From Amoeboaphelidium occidentale (lineage: Eukaryota), in the NCBI GenBank assembly GCA_023515795.1, contig JALGPX010000014.1, forward strand, positions 310,001 through 366,412: a stretch of DNA of 56,412 nucleotides. The letters are read 5' to 3'. The position numbers and the translations under genes are program-made. The notes under the pieces were generated by a model. The model saw only the letters and a list, made by a program, of their open reading frames with translations. It had not been told where the DNA came from and did not search any database. This document shows, piece by piece, positions 19,935 to 30,924 of the stretch. Numbering within the stretch: the stretch's first letter is position 1; every line of letters begins with the position of its first letter.

Positions 19935-20786
19935 ATGAAGATTTACCTGGATAATTTAAAGACTAAAAAAATACAGCCTTCTTCGCTGTATCCGGCTGCA
20001 TCCGTAAACCGGGAGTATGTGAGGAAGAACTCATGGAAGAAGACTATGATCAGAAGCGACATTCCGTCTCTGCTCCATTGGACAAAGAACGAAGCAGAGC
20101 TGAATGATTACGCCAAGTTCAACCAAAAGATGGAAGATTTTATCCAAGTCGAAGGTGTGCTCTCTGATGGCTGGTCTAAAGAAGAGGACGAGTATTTGAT
20201 TAAATTGTGTGCGGCACTTGATTTAAGGTTTCCTATTATACACGACCGGTATGAATTCAACAGAGAGCGCACTATTGAGCAATTGAAAGCGCGATACTAC
20301 ACACTTAAAGGCATCAACTACCCAATGGAGCAGGAGGTCAAAAGGAAAGAGTATGTCAACAAACTGTTAGACAGAGACACAGATGCATGGAACACAGAGC
20401 TGGAATTGAACAGACAATTAAGAGTACTACAGCAGAACATTAAAAGACTTGACAGAGAAAGGGATGATCTGCTTACTGTGAATAATGCTGCTCCTGCGAC
20501 TGGTGCGACACTAATTGATATTCTGCACAAGCACTCTGTGAGCTCAAGTACCGACAAGATGAAAAAGATCAAGAAACCACCTCCACCGCAGCCAAAGAAG
20601 AAACCGGTCACTTTGAGATCTGCTTCGATAACTCAAATCAAACCTAAACTGTATCCGTTGTTTGAAGAATTCCACATTCCGTATGAACTCAGCGTGTCTA
20701 CGGAGAAGACTGTCAAGCTTTACAACGAACTTATACAAGAAGTTAGTGATCTTTATGAACTAAGAAGAAAGAATGCGCAAGAATGA
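19935..20786 (+). CDS. SWC4: SWR1/NuA4 subunit Swc4/DMAP1 (short form)
   Basis: YAKFN and SANT-like WSKEEDEYLIKLC..LDLRFPIIHDRY...RTIEQLKARYY. Confidence 0.88.
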   Translation: MKIYLDNLKTKKIQPSSLYPAASVNREYVRKNSWKKTMIRSDIPSLLHWTKNEAELNDYAKFNQKMEDFIQVEGVLSDGWSKEEDEYLIKLCAALDLRFPIIHDRYEFNRERTIEQLKARYYTLKGINYPMEQEVKRKEYVNKLLDRDTDAWNTELELNRQLRVLQQNIKRLDRERDDLLTVNNAAPATGATLIDILHKHSVSSSTDKMKKIKKPPPPQPKKKPVTLRSASITQIKPKLYPLFEEFHIPYELSVSTEKTVKLYNELIQEVSDLYELRRKNAQE

Positions 20787-20820
20787 ATTGTTCAATTTGA
20801 TCATTGATCGCATTGTTATC

Positions 20821-21936
20821 ATGAGCGAACCTGTGCGAAATAAACGCTTAGCTTTCCGTGTATATCGTTTACTTCAATGGATACTGGAAATATTGTACTT
20901 GCTCTTGATAAAGTATACGCGGAAACCGTTGATATCATTGAAGAAAAGCCATTTTAGTGCCAAGATTGTGCCGGTGTATGATGCAGAGCTCAAAGCCCAA
21001 AAAGACATTCAAGTATTATACCACGACTCAGATTTTATAATTCTAAACAAACCGTATGATATGAACTTTGATAGTGGTGCGCCAGTGGAAGGAAAGACCT
21101 TTGTGCACTTCAGGACAGAAGCAGATGCGAAAGGATATTATGCAAAGAGTACGAAAAGGCCTGATATGATGTCGTGTGTAGAAAGTCACTTTGATGGTTA
21201 TCAGCTAAGGAATGTGCATCAGTTAGATTATGCGACATCTGGCGTGTTCTGTTGCGGTATTACAAAGGAAGCAGCATCAGAAACTAGCTACTTGTTCAGA
21301 AAGAAGCTCTTGAAGAAGACATACTTGGCCATAGTCAGAGGGCATGTTGCTACAGATGATCAAATTATTATTGCCCCAATTGGTGATCATCCTACACATC
21401 CAATGAAGCGACAAGTGAATGGTAACAAAGCTAAACATTGCGAGACGCATTGCATCGTTCTAAAACGAGGATACTTCGAGTCAATGCCTTGCTCTTTGGT
21501 TAAGCTCCATCCGATAACTGGCAGAACGCATCAGCTCAGAATTCACATGAACCACATTGGCCACCCAATAATTGGAGATTTACATTACGAAGAACCTGTT
21601 ACCCATGCATTTAGAATGATGCTTCACGCTTATGAGCTTGAGCTGTATTTTGGCAAAGTAAAGCGCGGTTCAACAAGATTCTGGAACAAGAATATGATTA
21701 AGAAGGCCTCAGATATTCTGGTTTTTATGGAGTTTGTTCTATCAAGGGTTCTATCTGTAGTCAGAAACATTCCTGTTAGGACCGAAAACTTGGTTATCAA
21801 AAGCCCAGATCCATTCTCGAAACTGATCTCTGAAGAGCCTAACGAACAAGCATTTAACGAAGAAGTCAAAGCTCAAAGAATGGATCGACATGAATGGGTT
21901 CAGGCTAATATTGTTTATGGAACGCAGCAGCTTTAA
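20821..21936 (+). CDS. RluA-family pseudouridine synthase (RPUSD1-like)
   Basis: LNKP, VHQLDYATSG (catalytic Asp), KTYLAIV.G, TGRTHQLRIH...GHPIIGD..Y; alternative ATG at 20773. Confidence 0.9.
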   Translation: MSEPVRNKRLAFRVYRLLQWILEILYLLLIKYTRKPLISLKKSHFSAKIVPVYDAELKAQKDIQVLYHDSDFIILNKPYDMNFDSGAPVEGKTFVHFRTEADAKGYYAKSTKRPDMMSCVESHFDGYQLRNVHQLDYATSGVFCCGITKEAASETSYLFRKKLLKKTYLAIVRGHVATDDQIIIAPIGDHPTHPMKRQVNGNKAKHCETHCIVLKRGYFESMPCSLVKLHPITGRTHQLRIHMNHIGHPIIGDLHYEEPVTHAFRMMLHAYELELYFGKVKRGSTRFWNKNMIKKASDILVFMEFVLSRVLSVVRNIPVRTENLVIKSPDPFSKLISEEPNEQAFNEEVKAQRMDRHEWVQANIVYGTQQL

Positions 21937-21997
21937 AATAGAACTATCTCAAAGACGCTTGAAACATGTGCGCCACAAAAATGTCTCAAAAACGATA

Positions 21998-22924
21998 ATG
22001 GACTTTGAAACACAAGAAAATGCAGACAGAGAAAATTACCAGACGCTCCTTGTGAGAGCCCTTGAAAAGGCAGCGCGTTTTAGCGGAAGAGAGCGATTGT
22101 TTATATTTAAGAGGATAACGAGCGGACAAGAACATCAGCTCAAAAGATATGTGCATTTCAGTATCACGAAAGAACAACTTGATTTCCTTTTGGATCATAT
22201 TCACGCGAAGAACACCTATGACACGGAATCGGAAACTGAAGAGCCTGATGCGGTGCCGATTCCTGTGAAGCGAAGGGACAGGCCAAGCAAGAAACAACTA
22301 AAGAAAGGGGTAAAAGCCACGCCTCCGTCGGAATCTGAGCAAGACGAAGACTGTGACGAAGTTAAAATTCCTGTCAACAGAAGAATTACCTTCTCAAGCG
22401 ATGAACCATTTGGTCTATTTTCCACAAATGCTCCAGACCCTAAGCCTTCAGCTGAGAACGAAATTCCTGAAGCAGAAGACGAGCCCGTGCAATCACCGCA
22501 GTTCATGCCAAAATCGCTAAAGCCTGAGCAAAAACATCAACAGCCTCCCATAATCAGTTGGGCAACGGAATCGTCACCACGCTACGATGTGTTTTTGAAG
22601 CATATGTGCACGATACTGAACAGTTTCAAGGACAAGGCGAGTTTCAACCGACAGTACTACATCAAATTCGTCCAGGAGATCAAGCGACTCAATGAAGCAA
22701 ATGCAGAGTGTTCTTCTAATGATGTCACTTACGCCCTGGAATTACTGGAGTTGACTTTACCACAGGGTTGCTTGAGAAACACTTATGACACGAACACTTT
22801 TGAAGACTTGAAAGAGCGCGCAATGTTCAGAGAAGCCATAGGTTACATTTCAATGAATATCAGGGATACTTTCGTGACGGAGAGGTTTAGATCTCAAATG
22901 AGTGACTGGATGTTGAATGAATAG
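21998..22924 (+). CDS. Hypothetical protein
   Basis: ~308-aa ORF filling the gap between neighbours; no family recognised; start uncertain. Confidence 0.65.
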   Translation: MDFETQENADRENYQTLLVRALEKAARFSGRERLFIFKRITSGQEHQLKRYVHFSITKEQLDFLLDHIHAKNTYDTESETEEPDAVPIPVKRRDRPSKKQLKKGVKATPPSESEQDEDCDEVKIPVNRRITFSSDEPFGLFSTNAPDPKPSAENEIPEAEDEPVQSPQFMPKSLKPEQKHQQPPIISWATESSPRYDVFLKHMCTILNSFKDKASFNRQYYIKFVQEIKRLNEANAECSSNDVTYALELLELTLPQGCLRNTYDTNTFEDLKERAMFREAIGYISMNIRDTFVTERFRSQMSDWMLNE

Positions 22925-22940
22925 AATTGTATTTCGTCTA

Positions 22941-24204
22941 ATGTTTCGCTTGTCAAGGCTTTCGATCGCGGTGTTGGTTGTGGAAGTTGCCCTTCTGTTT
23001 CAGCTTGGGCTGCTGGACTTCTGGTCCCACAGCACAGCAAAATTGCCCTCGGTGCTGTTCTGTCCCAATTACATCCCTTTGGATTTGGGATTTGTTACAG
23101 ACAGACCAAACGCTTCATTCCCTCTGACAACTCGTGGACCGAATGAAGTGCACACAACTCAACAAGAGAAAGAACTTATAAAAGTAGTCAAATTAAATGG
23201 GGAACTCATTCAAGTTACGCAACCCGTGAATCGGTATCCAGGTCGCAGAGGTTCTGTTTGAATTACTGCGAAATTTAGCTCATTGTTGTGTAGCTGGTAT
23301 GCCAATTGAAGCATACATGTATTCATGGTTTCCTGCTGATACTGTTCAAGCGATAATTGTCGAGCCTAAAGTTATCATACTGGGCGATGGCTATCATGAT
23401 ACGCCTGCGGGTGATGCAAGCGAGAAGGATTTGGTTGTTACGCATGTTTTGACTCCCAGAGAGCGGTCATTAGTCGTGCCAAATGTAAAGGGCATAGGAA
23501 AGCTGGAAAATAATCAGATTATGAAGCATACGAAGAAAGAGCAGGGCAAAAGGAAGAGTAACGGAGACAGTGAGAAGGACAAACCAACTGGATTTAGTCG
23601 TATTTTGTCAGTTCAATGCCTTCATGTTCGTTCAGATGGTAAAACGGAACATTCGTGGCCAATAGCTTCTGAAAAAGAGAGCGCTGCATATTATCATGCT
23701 CAAATTGGGACTGTGCTTCTATGGAAGAATGGTTGTCATGTTGTCGATCCATATCATTCTGTTCCAGCTCGACCGGACGACTACATAATTTGTGATATTG
23801 AACTAACTGGGGATGGGAATGGTGTTCGGGCTTTGGCGTTCGAAACTGGCAAATATTCATATCAAGACTTGAAACGGTTTATACATCTGCAGGAGAATAA
23901 TTGGATTGATGTGTTGGTTAAGAATGTCATTAACGTTGACAGCTGCATTAAAATGCTTATTAAGAATGCTTATAACTTCATTGCTTCTACAGTTTTTGGT
24001 TTATCAGTGGATGAGAGCTCAAACGAAAGTACCGCATGGTCACAATATGTTGTTGATCGGTTGGAAGCAGTTCCTCAACTGTCGCAACAGAGTATCGGAA
24101 AGAGAATGAGTGTCACATTTCGAATGAACACGGATGGTACAATTTTGCAGTTTGGAACAAAGGCTGCTGCGATACTATGCATTGTTGCAACTCTTTTCCT
24201 ATGA
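22941..24204 (+). CDS. Hypothetical secreted/membrane protein (2 exons), hydrophobic N- and C-termini
   Basis: ORFs 22917-23261 and 23299-24204 join through a GT-AG intron ending at 23293; N-term LSIAVLVVEVALLFQLG, C-term AAAILCIVATLFL. Confidence 0.65.
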
Positions 24205-24245
24205 CTGTCGAATTAAACAAACTAGCAAATCTATTTTTCATTGTT

Positions 24246-24617
24246 CTACCTTAAACCTAAACCCAGGTTTCGCACGCGTCTAAGATGTTTCAATTTCTTT
24301 GGAGCTTCAATCCAAGAATCTTCTGACAGGTATTTTTCCCAGCTAATTCTCGCAACAGATTCTTTGATCGGCATTTCTCGAGCCACAGCGTTGTAATATC
24401 GCACAAGCTGTTCATCAAGCGGGTCAGGACAGACCGGATCAATACTTGGATTATTGTACAACGCGTAACAAGTAACAAGAAGTTGTCCGTCTTCATTTGA
24501 ATCCAGAACATCGTCCTTCAGGAAATGTCCTTCTCGCGCGTAAAACCAATTGTAGGTATTCATCGACATGACGCAAGCACTTGACAAAAGTAAAACGAAA
24601 GAAGATTTGAATAACAT
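24246..24617 (-). CDS. Small hypothetical secreted protein
   Basis: MLFKSSFVLLLSSACVMS signal-like start, 123 aa. Confidence 0.55.
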   Translation of the reverse strand: MLFKSSFVLLLSSACVMSMNTYNWFYAREGHFLKDDVLDSNEDGQLLVTCYALYNNPSIDPVCPDPLDEQLVRYYNAVAREMPIKESVARISWEKYLSEDSWIEAPKKLKHLRRVRNLGLGLR

Positions 24618-24723
24618 TTGAGGAAAACATCTTTTCGTGGGAAAATTTTCTTCAACTCCTGTGCTCGTGATCGACATGTGACAGCCGTGAAGCAATAGTC
24701 TTCCCAAACAGAGAAATGCATTT

Positions 24724-26256
24724 CTATTTTCCGACTAGACGACCCATCATACCACGCACCATCGGTGACATGAATTCATCATGTTCTGGGTAAAGACTCA
24801 TCATCATTCCGAATGCGATCATGCTAACAACCGTGTGAACTGATGAAGGTAGCTTTTTGTGATAAACACTTTCAACTCCCTTCTCAAAAGCATACAATGC
24901 AAGTTCACCTCTTCTCTTCTTGTCTTCCACATAAATTGATACAATCGCACAAATGAAACCACCAAAAGTATATACAAAATTATGAGCTGGTTTCGTTGCC
25001 AAAATATCATGCAACCATATTGGAGTAACTGAAGGCAGAGACAACAACCTATGAATACAAATAACAACCTGATAAACTGCAACATAAACTCCCAAGAATG
25101 CAGAAGATCTTGATGCATGATACAATGATTTAACTACAACCGAGCTTGGATTCTTCAAAAAATCCTTCATCTTCAACAAAACAGAAGGTACAACATTCAA
25201 CGCCAAATTTACAGGAAAGATCTTTCTAAATACATCGACTACAAGCCTAAGAGAATTGAATGTACAGCTATCAAATTTGGGGTGTATCACAGAACATGGA
25301 ACAATGATTCTTCCTTCATTGCTCATTACATAATCTTGACACTTGTGCATGGCATCGACACTTCCACCAAGTAGATATGTAAGCGCAGGGAGAGTATCAA
25401 ACGCATTACCGACATACCCATCACTCTCAATGATTCTTCGATTCTCCATCAATGCTTCATGATGAACATCACACATGCGCAACATGAAGTTGTAATATGA
25501 CTTTGGCAGCGATTGATAATCCATAGCAAAATGATACATGATGGGCATACATGATAAAGCAAATAACAATGAGTCTCCGTGTGGAAACGATATGCGACCT
25601 TTTGACTTGTTGTAATTATACGTCATTTGCAGAGCTCTGAGCATTGTTTGAATAGAGAACGCAGCTCTGGTACCACGAGGTAGGAAGACAAGTGATAAAG
25701 ATGCAACAGAACCAGCAACACCTGAAGACAACCTTTCTGATAATTCATACTTCATCTTCAAAGCGTATCGTATCAAGTACCACAAGAACGAGAAGCCACC
25801 CAATGAAGCTCCGTATTTAAGAGAATCTTCCTTGAACAGCGCACTGGTAACAGCCTCAACCAATGAGTACTTGTTTCGAAACACTTTCATAAGTTTCAAT
25901 AACAGAAGGAACCCAGAGCGCAAAGACAAACCAAGAATGAATGAACGTAAGCCTTTCTTAACAGCATAGAGAAGCAGAGCCTGATAATTCGCAAAGTTTC
26001 GAACTTTCAAAGGAGATTTTGATGCAGCGATATTCTTCTGAGCAGGTGCAGCATTAGTTGAAGGCAAGGCACTCTTCTTTGGTGTCGGCTTGATTCTTGC
26101 GGGATCAGGCAACGACGTCAATACCAAGTCAGCCACTGTTTCAGTACCGGGAGTCCGTGGGCTGACGTAATCCGGAGGTTCCTCATATGCCAGTCGTTCA
26201 GTTTCAATTTTCAAATCTCCGGGAAACGTGAGGGAATCCTCTGCGACTGCTCTCAT
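24724..26256 (-). CDS. TMEM135/PXMP4-like peroxisomal membrane protein
   Basis: LPKSYYNFM, PCSVIHP...SC, RSSAFLG.YV, VEDKKRRGELALY motifs; multiple TM helices. Confidence 0.85.
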   Translation of the reverse strand: MRAVAEDSLTFPGDLKIETERLAYEEPPDYVSPRTPGTETVADLVLTSLPDPARIKPTPKKSALPSTNAAPAQKNIAASKSPLKVRNFANYQALLLYAVKKGLRSFILGLSLRSGFLLLLKLMKVFRNKYSLVEAVTSALFKEDSLKYGASLGGFSFLWYLIRYALKMKYELSERLSSGVAGSVASLSLVFLPRGTRAAFSIQTMLRALQMTYNYNKSKGRISFPHGDSLLFALSCMPIMYHFAMDYQSLPKSYYNFMLRMCDVHHEALMENRRIIESDGYVGNAFDTLPALTYLLGGSVDAMHKCQDYVMSNEGRIIVPCSVIHPKFDSCTFNSLRLVVDVFRKIFPVNLALNVVPSVLLKMKDFLKNPSSVVVKSLYHASRSSAFLGVYVAVYQVVICIHRLLSLPSVTPIWLHDILATKPAHNFVYTFGGFICAIVSIYVEDKKRRGELALYAFEKGVESVYHKKLPSSVHTVVSMIAFGMMMSLYPEHDEFMSPMVRGMMGRLVGK

Positions 26257-26328
26257 TTTTGTTCTCTGAAAACCTGATCGATGAGCTCAAACAACCGCCA
26301 CTCGAAGACGACGACAACGACCAGTCTG

Positions 26329-27038
26329 ATGCTGCTGATGCTTTTGGCTTTAGCAAAGTAAATTATGCGGAATTTAAAGCGATTCTCTTAAATATTTTAA
26401 AGTTTCTGTGGACTGCGTATAGCTGCTACCACGCCATTCGAGCTTTTTACCGGAGAACTGGTAACGCCAAAGAATGAGTCCATCGAAGCAAGAATACAAG
26501 TAATCCCAGACATGACTTATTATCCAACAGATTCTAATGGAAGATTTGTTATACCTATGAGGCCTGGACAGTTCTCTTTGTATCCATGCTCTTTAACACA
26601 CAAGTTCAATCCGATTAGAGTAGAAGTTGGTGCTGATTTAGATGTGACTTTGTATCAGATTGTGCCTGGTATGTTCCTAGTTGTGCTATTGCGTAAAAGT
26701 CTAATTATCGTTTCGTAGGCGTCGAGTATGATACTGCAGTTCCTATTCAGACAAGTTCAGGTGTATTCAGATGGTATTCAATTGGAGAGAATGATTATTA
26801 TACGGTAATGTTTCATGGTCAAATACACGCGTACTGATATTCCAAGGCTAAAGCTGGTTTCGCTCTAACAGGTTTACTACTCAACCCAATGTTCCTATTG
26901 ATGGGATTCTCAATGCTTTTAATGTTCGCAATGCCTAAACTTATGGAAAACATGGAAGAAATGGTCAAAGAAGAAAAGCAAGCTGCCGCTGTAACAGCTC
27001 CAGCTCAAAACAAAGCGCGAGCCACGCCAAAGAAATAA
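26329..27038 (+). CDS. EMC7: ER membrane protein complex subunit 7 (4 exons)
   Basis: Spliced MLLMLLALA..., TDSNGRFVI...PG.F.L...HKFNPIRVEV, LLLNPMFLLMGFSMLLMFAMPKLMENM. Confidence 0.82.
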
Positions 27039-27223
27039 AGCTCTTACTTGTGTCCTTAAAGAAGTATCAGTTTCAAGTGGAGGCCTTATAGGAGATCGAC
27101 TTAAAGTGGTTCAATTACAGGTCGTTCCCTGCGGTTGTCTTGGGGCTTTTGCGACAAAAGCTTCTGCACATTGATCCGCACAATCTTTTCCTTTCAGTTT
27201 TCAAAGCCAAAGATTTATCGAAG

Positions 27224-27534
27224 ATGACTGCAGACGCTTCTTTGGAACCTCCGAAAATGATCGCAACGAATGAGGAAATGGACGCTGCCAGAATTCCTGT
27301 CGCTTACAGGGATTACTGCGCTCATTTGTTTATTAAATTTCAGGGCTGCCTACGGAAAGAGTTTTTCCATTGGCGCTGCCATCATGAGGAATTAGAATGG
27401 GAACATTGTTCTTTAGCAGAGTGAGTTTAGCCTTGGCTTTAAAGGGTTTTGATTAATCTCATTATAGGTCACAAAGGAAGCGACGTGTCAGGGATAAGCA
27501 AAGGATGGAATCTTATTTGGCACAGAAAGAATGA
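27224..27534 (+). CDS. NDUFB7: NADH:ubiquinone oxidoreductase subunit NDUFB7 (B18), 2 exons
   Basis: MIATNEEMDAARIPVAYRDYCAHL...C...C...C twin CX9C; intron begins at 27421. Confidence 0.92.
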
Positions 27535-27593
27535 ATACCCACCATCGGACAAATAAAGTTTCTTACTTTGAGATCTTAAGTTCTATGTTATTG

Positions 27594-30388
27594 CTATTTG
27601 TCCCCATCTTCTTCTTCTTTAGCTTCCGATGACGCAAGTATCGGTGGTAACTTCAACTTTGATCCAGCGCGAACAGATGGAACGGATCCCTGCATCGCTG
27701 TTGGTATCAGCACAATAGGTCCCGGCGGGGATACCTGTTGGTTCTTTGTGTTTTCTGATCGTTCTTTCCATATTTCTCGGTTCGTTTCAATGTTGTTCAT
27801 CAAGACTTTAAGTTCCTCGCCGAAAAAGCTTGTCCACGGTTCAAACAGAGGTTTTACAATATAATCGATAAATGCCTAAAATAAATTTAAACTACAGCAA
27901 CAACTGAAATACTTACCACTTGTGATTTTGGAACATCTGCATTTACTCTGTTCATAAACGCGGATATTGGTAAGCCTCTCCGCTTCTCCTCATCGCCTTG
28001 CAAAAAGAACTCTTCAGTTATCAGTTCGGTCCATTTAACGCATACGTCGAATGGCTTACTTGCATTATTCACATCAGACGCTTTCATGGCCAAATTCAGT
28101 ACTAGTGTTCTATCGGCGGGTTTCGTCCAGTCGAATCCAGCCTCTGTAATCAACCTGTTCTTGAACTTTCCGATCCATTCAAAATGCTGTGCCATATCTG
28201 TACTCAAAACCATAGAAATAACCAGTTCACGTATCCGTTTCTTCACATCTTTCTGAAGACCAGCCATAAAATCGGTTGATTTATCATCCATCGCTTCGAA
28301 AGCAGACGCAACATGAAAATGCTCCAGCACCGCAGAATCGTTGTATCGAACCGCAAGGGGATCTAATGTGTTAACATGGAAGGCGTTGTTTAGTCCAGGA
28401 TGCTTGTAGTCGTGAATGGCTGCAGCTATCAGTGCAGCAAATACCTCTTCCGGATCGAACTTCAAATCTGTAGCAAACTTTTTCCGTGTTAAAAAGAAGT
28501 ACATCATATAAACCACGTCAGCAGCATGCAAAGCATTATGATAAGGATTCTTAGGCAAGTAACCAGATTCGATTCTCTTTGTCCAGGCCAAAAACTTTTC
28601 CGAAGGAATCTGCAAAAGTTTTGCACATCCAGACTTGTTGATAGCAGCCATAAAGATAATCAAGAGTGGTTTTTGTATATCAAGATTACTTAATTCCAAA
28701 ACATTTAAATCTCCATAAGGAGAGTCCAGCTTTTCAAGGAAAGAGATCCCTTTTGGATCCATATGAATAGAATCATGCTTGTGTCCAGATGGCGAATGAT
28801 CAATTTCTCTGTTAGAACTGGAAACCAAGCTTTGATTTGTATTCGATAGAGTCTGAAGAACATTTTGCAGAAAGAACCGAACATCCTGATCTACAGGTTT
28901 GTCTCCAAGCGTTGGTTTATACAGTTGATCAGAAGCAAGCGCAATTAAGACCTTATCAATAGCCTCGATATCTTGCGGCGTCGTAAGATCCTTCCTTATT
29001 TCTTTCAACTGCTCAATGGCTTTTACCAATGGAGATACGATGTCCAGTTGATCTCTGGAGCCAAGTTTGGTTAGTCGTTTTCGAAGTTCAGCATTTGCTT
29101 GCTCCATTGTGATTAAATGGCGTTCTCTTTCTAAAAATTCCACTGCAAAAGCCTTTATGAAACGTTCTAAAGCTATTCCATTGATGATAAGATGAGAACA
29201 AGCGAGGATCAAAATCCCTTCGTCTGGCCATACTATTCTTAGCGAAAGATTTGTATTTGATGCTGAGCATATCGAGCCTAGAACATCATCACACGCAAAA
29301 ATCCTCTCCATAAATGATACAATAAGAATATAGCTGGACAAAAATATAAACGAGAATGCAAGTAAATGTCGATGCAAATCTACATTTCCAACCTGGAGGA
29401 AGATCGCAAATATTGACACATACCACAGAACCATTATCAACATATGAGCCCTCCTTGAATAAAATAGTAGGATACCGAATGGAATAATTGAAGTGTAAAG
29501 AGGAATAGCAGAGAATGGATTCACAAATCTGAGTAGTCTTGATGCTTGAATGTCCAGACAAAATGCAACGATGTAGAACACAATTGACGGCAGCTTCAGT
29601 CTGGGAGACCACGTTAACTGTGCAGTTATAAATATCACAATAAAAGACACATAGTGCAATAGAGATTGCCATAGAACTGAGCCTTGCAACGGTCTGGTGC
29701 TCATCTGATAAGCTGCACGCTCATTAGGATCCGCGCTTGGCTTTCGAAACATCGGTACAAACTTTCTGTGAGATGATGTAGCAGATGCGGGCCTCTTGGC
29801 ACTTCCTGCATCATTCACTCGCATACTTGGTGAGCTTTGAGGATTAACTTGTCCATGATTTGAAGACATTAAGTTCAAACGTGCTAGAGTTCCAAGAGTA
29901 ACATGTCCACCTGTAGGATGAGAAAGTGGCGCAACTGAAGCTCTTCGACTATCCCTATTCGGGTATGGTCGAAAATCATCCAATTCTATGCTTCCGTGCC
30001 GAACAGCTGGTCCTCTAAAGGCTGCTGGGTTGGTGATCTCATCATTGCCAATGCTGCTGGATTTTACTGGTGCTGTGTTCTCCCCAAAATGGTTCGAATG
30101 GTTCCTTTTCATCAATCTGTCTGGTTGTGATTGTAACATAGATCTCGTTTGAATGGATGGCCTGATCATTTTCTGCTGGGCCCTGACCCTAAGTCTATCC
30201 ATTTCCTTCTCCATTTCAGAGGATTTTGATGATGTTCTTCGCTCAGATGTTCCATTGATGTGATGCATTGATTTACTCGAACCTGCTGAAACCTTGATTT
30301 GAGGTTGATGAGAACTTAACGAAGCATTAATATCCTGACTGAGTGAAGTATCTCTACGCCGAACTTCATGGCTCGATGTACTTTTCAT
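27594..30388 (-). CDS. Class I cyclic-nucleotide phosphodiesterase with a multi-pass TM region
   Basis: YHNALHAADV, HDYKHPG.NN, LE.FH, TDMAQH, SDVNN, EEFFLQGD; ~6 hydrophobic helices upstream; last intron joins KSQV|AFIDYIV. Confidence 0.92.
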
Positions 30389-30924
30389 CTCGTTATGGCT
30401 GCAGAATCGTGGGCTGCAAACAATATTCCAACAATCCTTAGACCATAAGATGATTGATCAACGGCGACTTCGATATAATTAGATTTCCGTTTGTATCGTC
30501 ATCATCCCCACAATTTGAAACAAAGCTTAACTTTTAGCGCTTCAAGATCATTATGACATTACCACCATATCCTTTTCTCTCGCTGAACCTGTTCATCTTT
30601 GACAGAATTCATCTTGTGCATCAAGTTTAACAAGGTGCTTCCCCGAACCTCATGGTCTGTCCTTAGATATATTAGAGACAGTTCATCAACAAGCGGCTTA
30701 ATAGAATTTTTTTAGAAACTTCAGGATCCCGGCAGCTTGGTGCAAAATCAAACATCAATTGATAAAAACTTTCACACAACTCACAAAGATGAAACTCCTT
30801 AATAAAGATCAGTATTTGATGTGAGAGCATGATATAAGCTCCATTAAAACGACTTCGAAAGATCAAGTAAACTAGCAGATGCTTCGGATCTCAAAAAATA
30901 CGTCTATTCAAGGATAATAGATCT

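Noticed and set aside
21214..21243. HQLD instead of HRLD in the pseudouridine synthase
   Set aside because: Known variant in RPUSD1-like enzymes; the catalytic Asp is intact.
26259..26477. 72-aa ORF from the ORF track
   Set aside because: Out-of-frame overlap with exons 1-2 of EMC7, with a non-ATG start.
29100..29700. Possible rhodopsin-PDE fusion
   Set aside because: No retinal-binding Lys (DxxxK) in the last TM helix and no opsin motifs seen.
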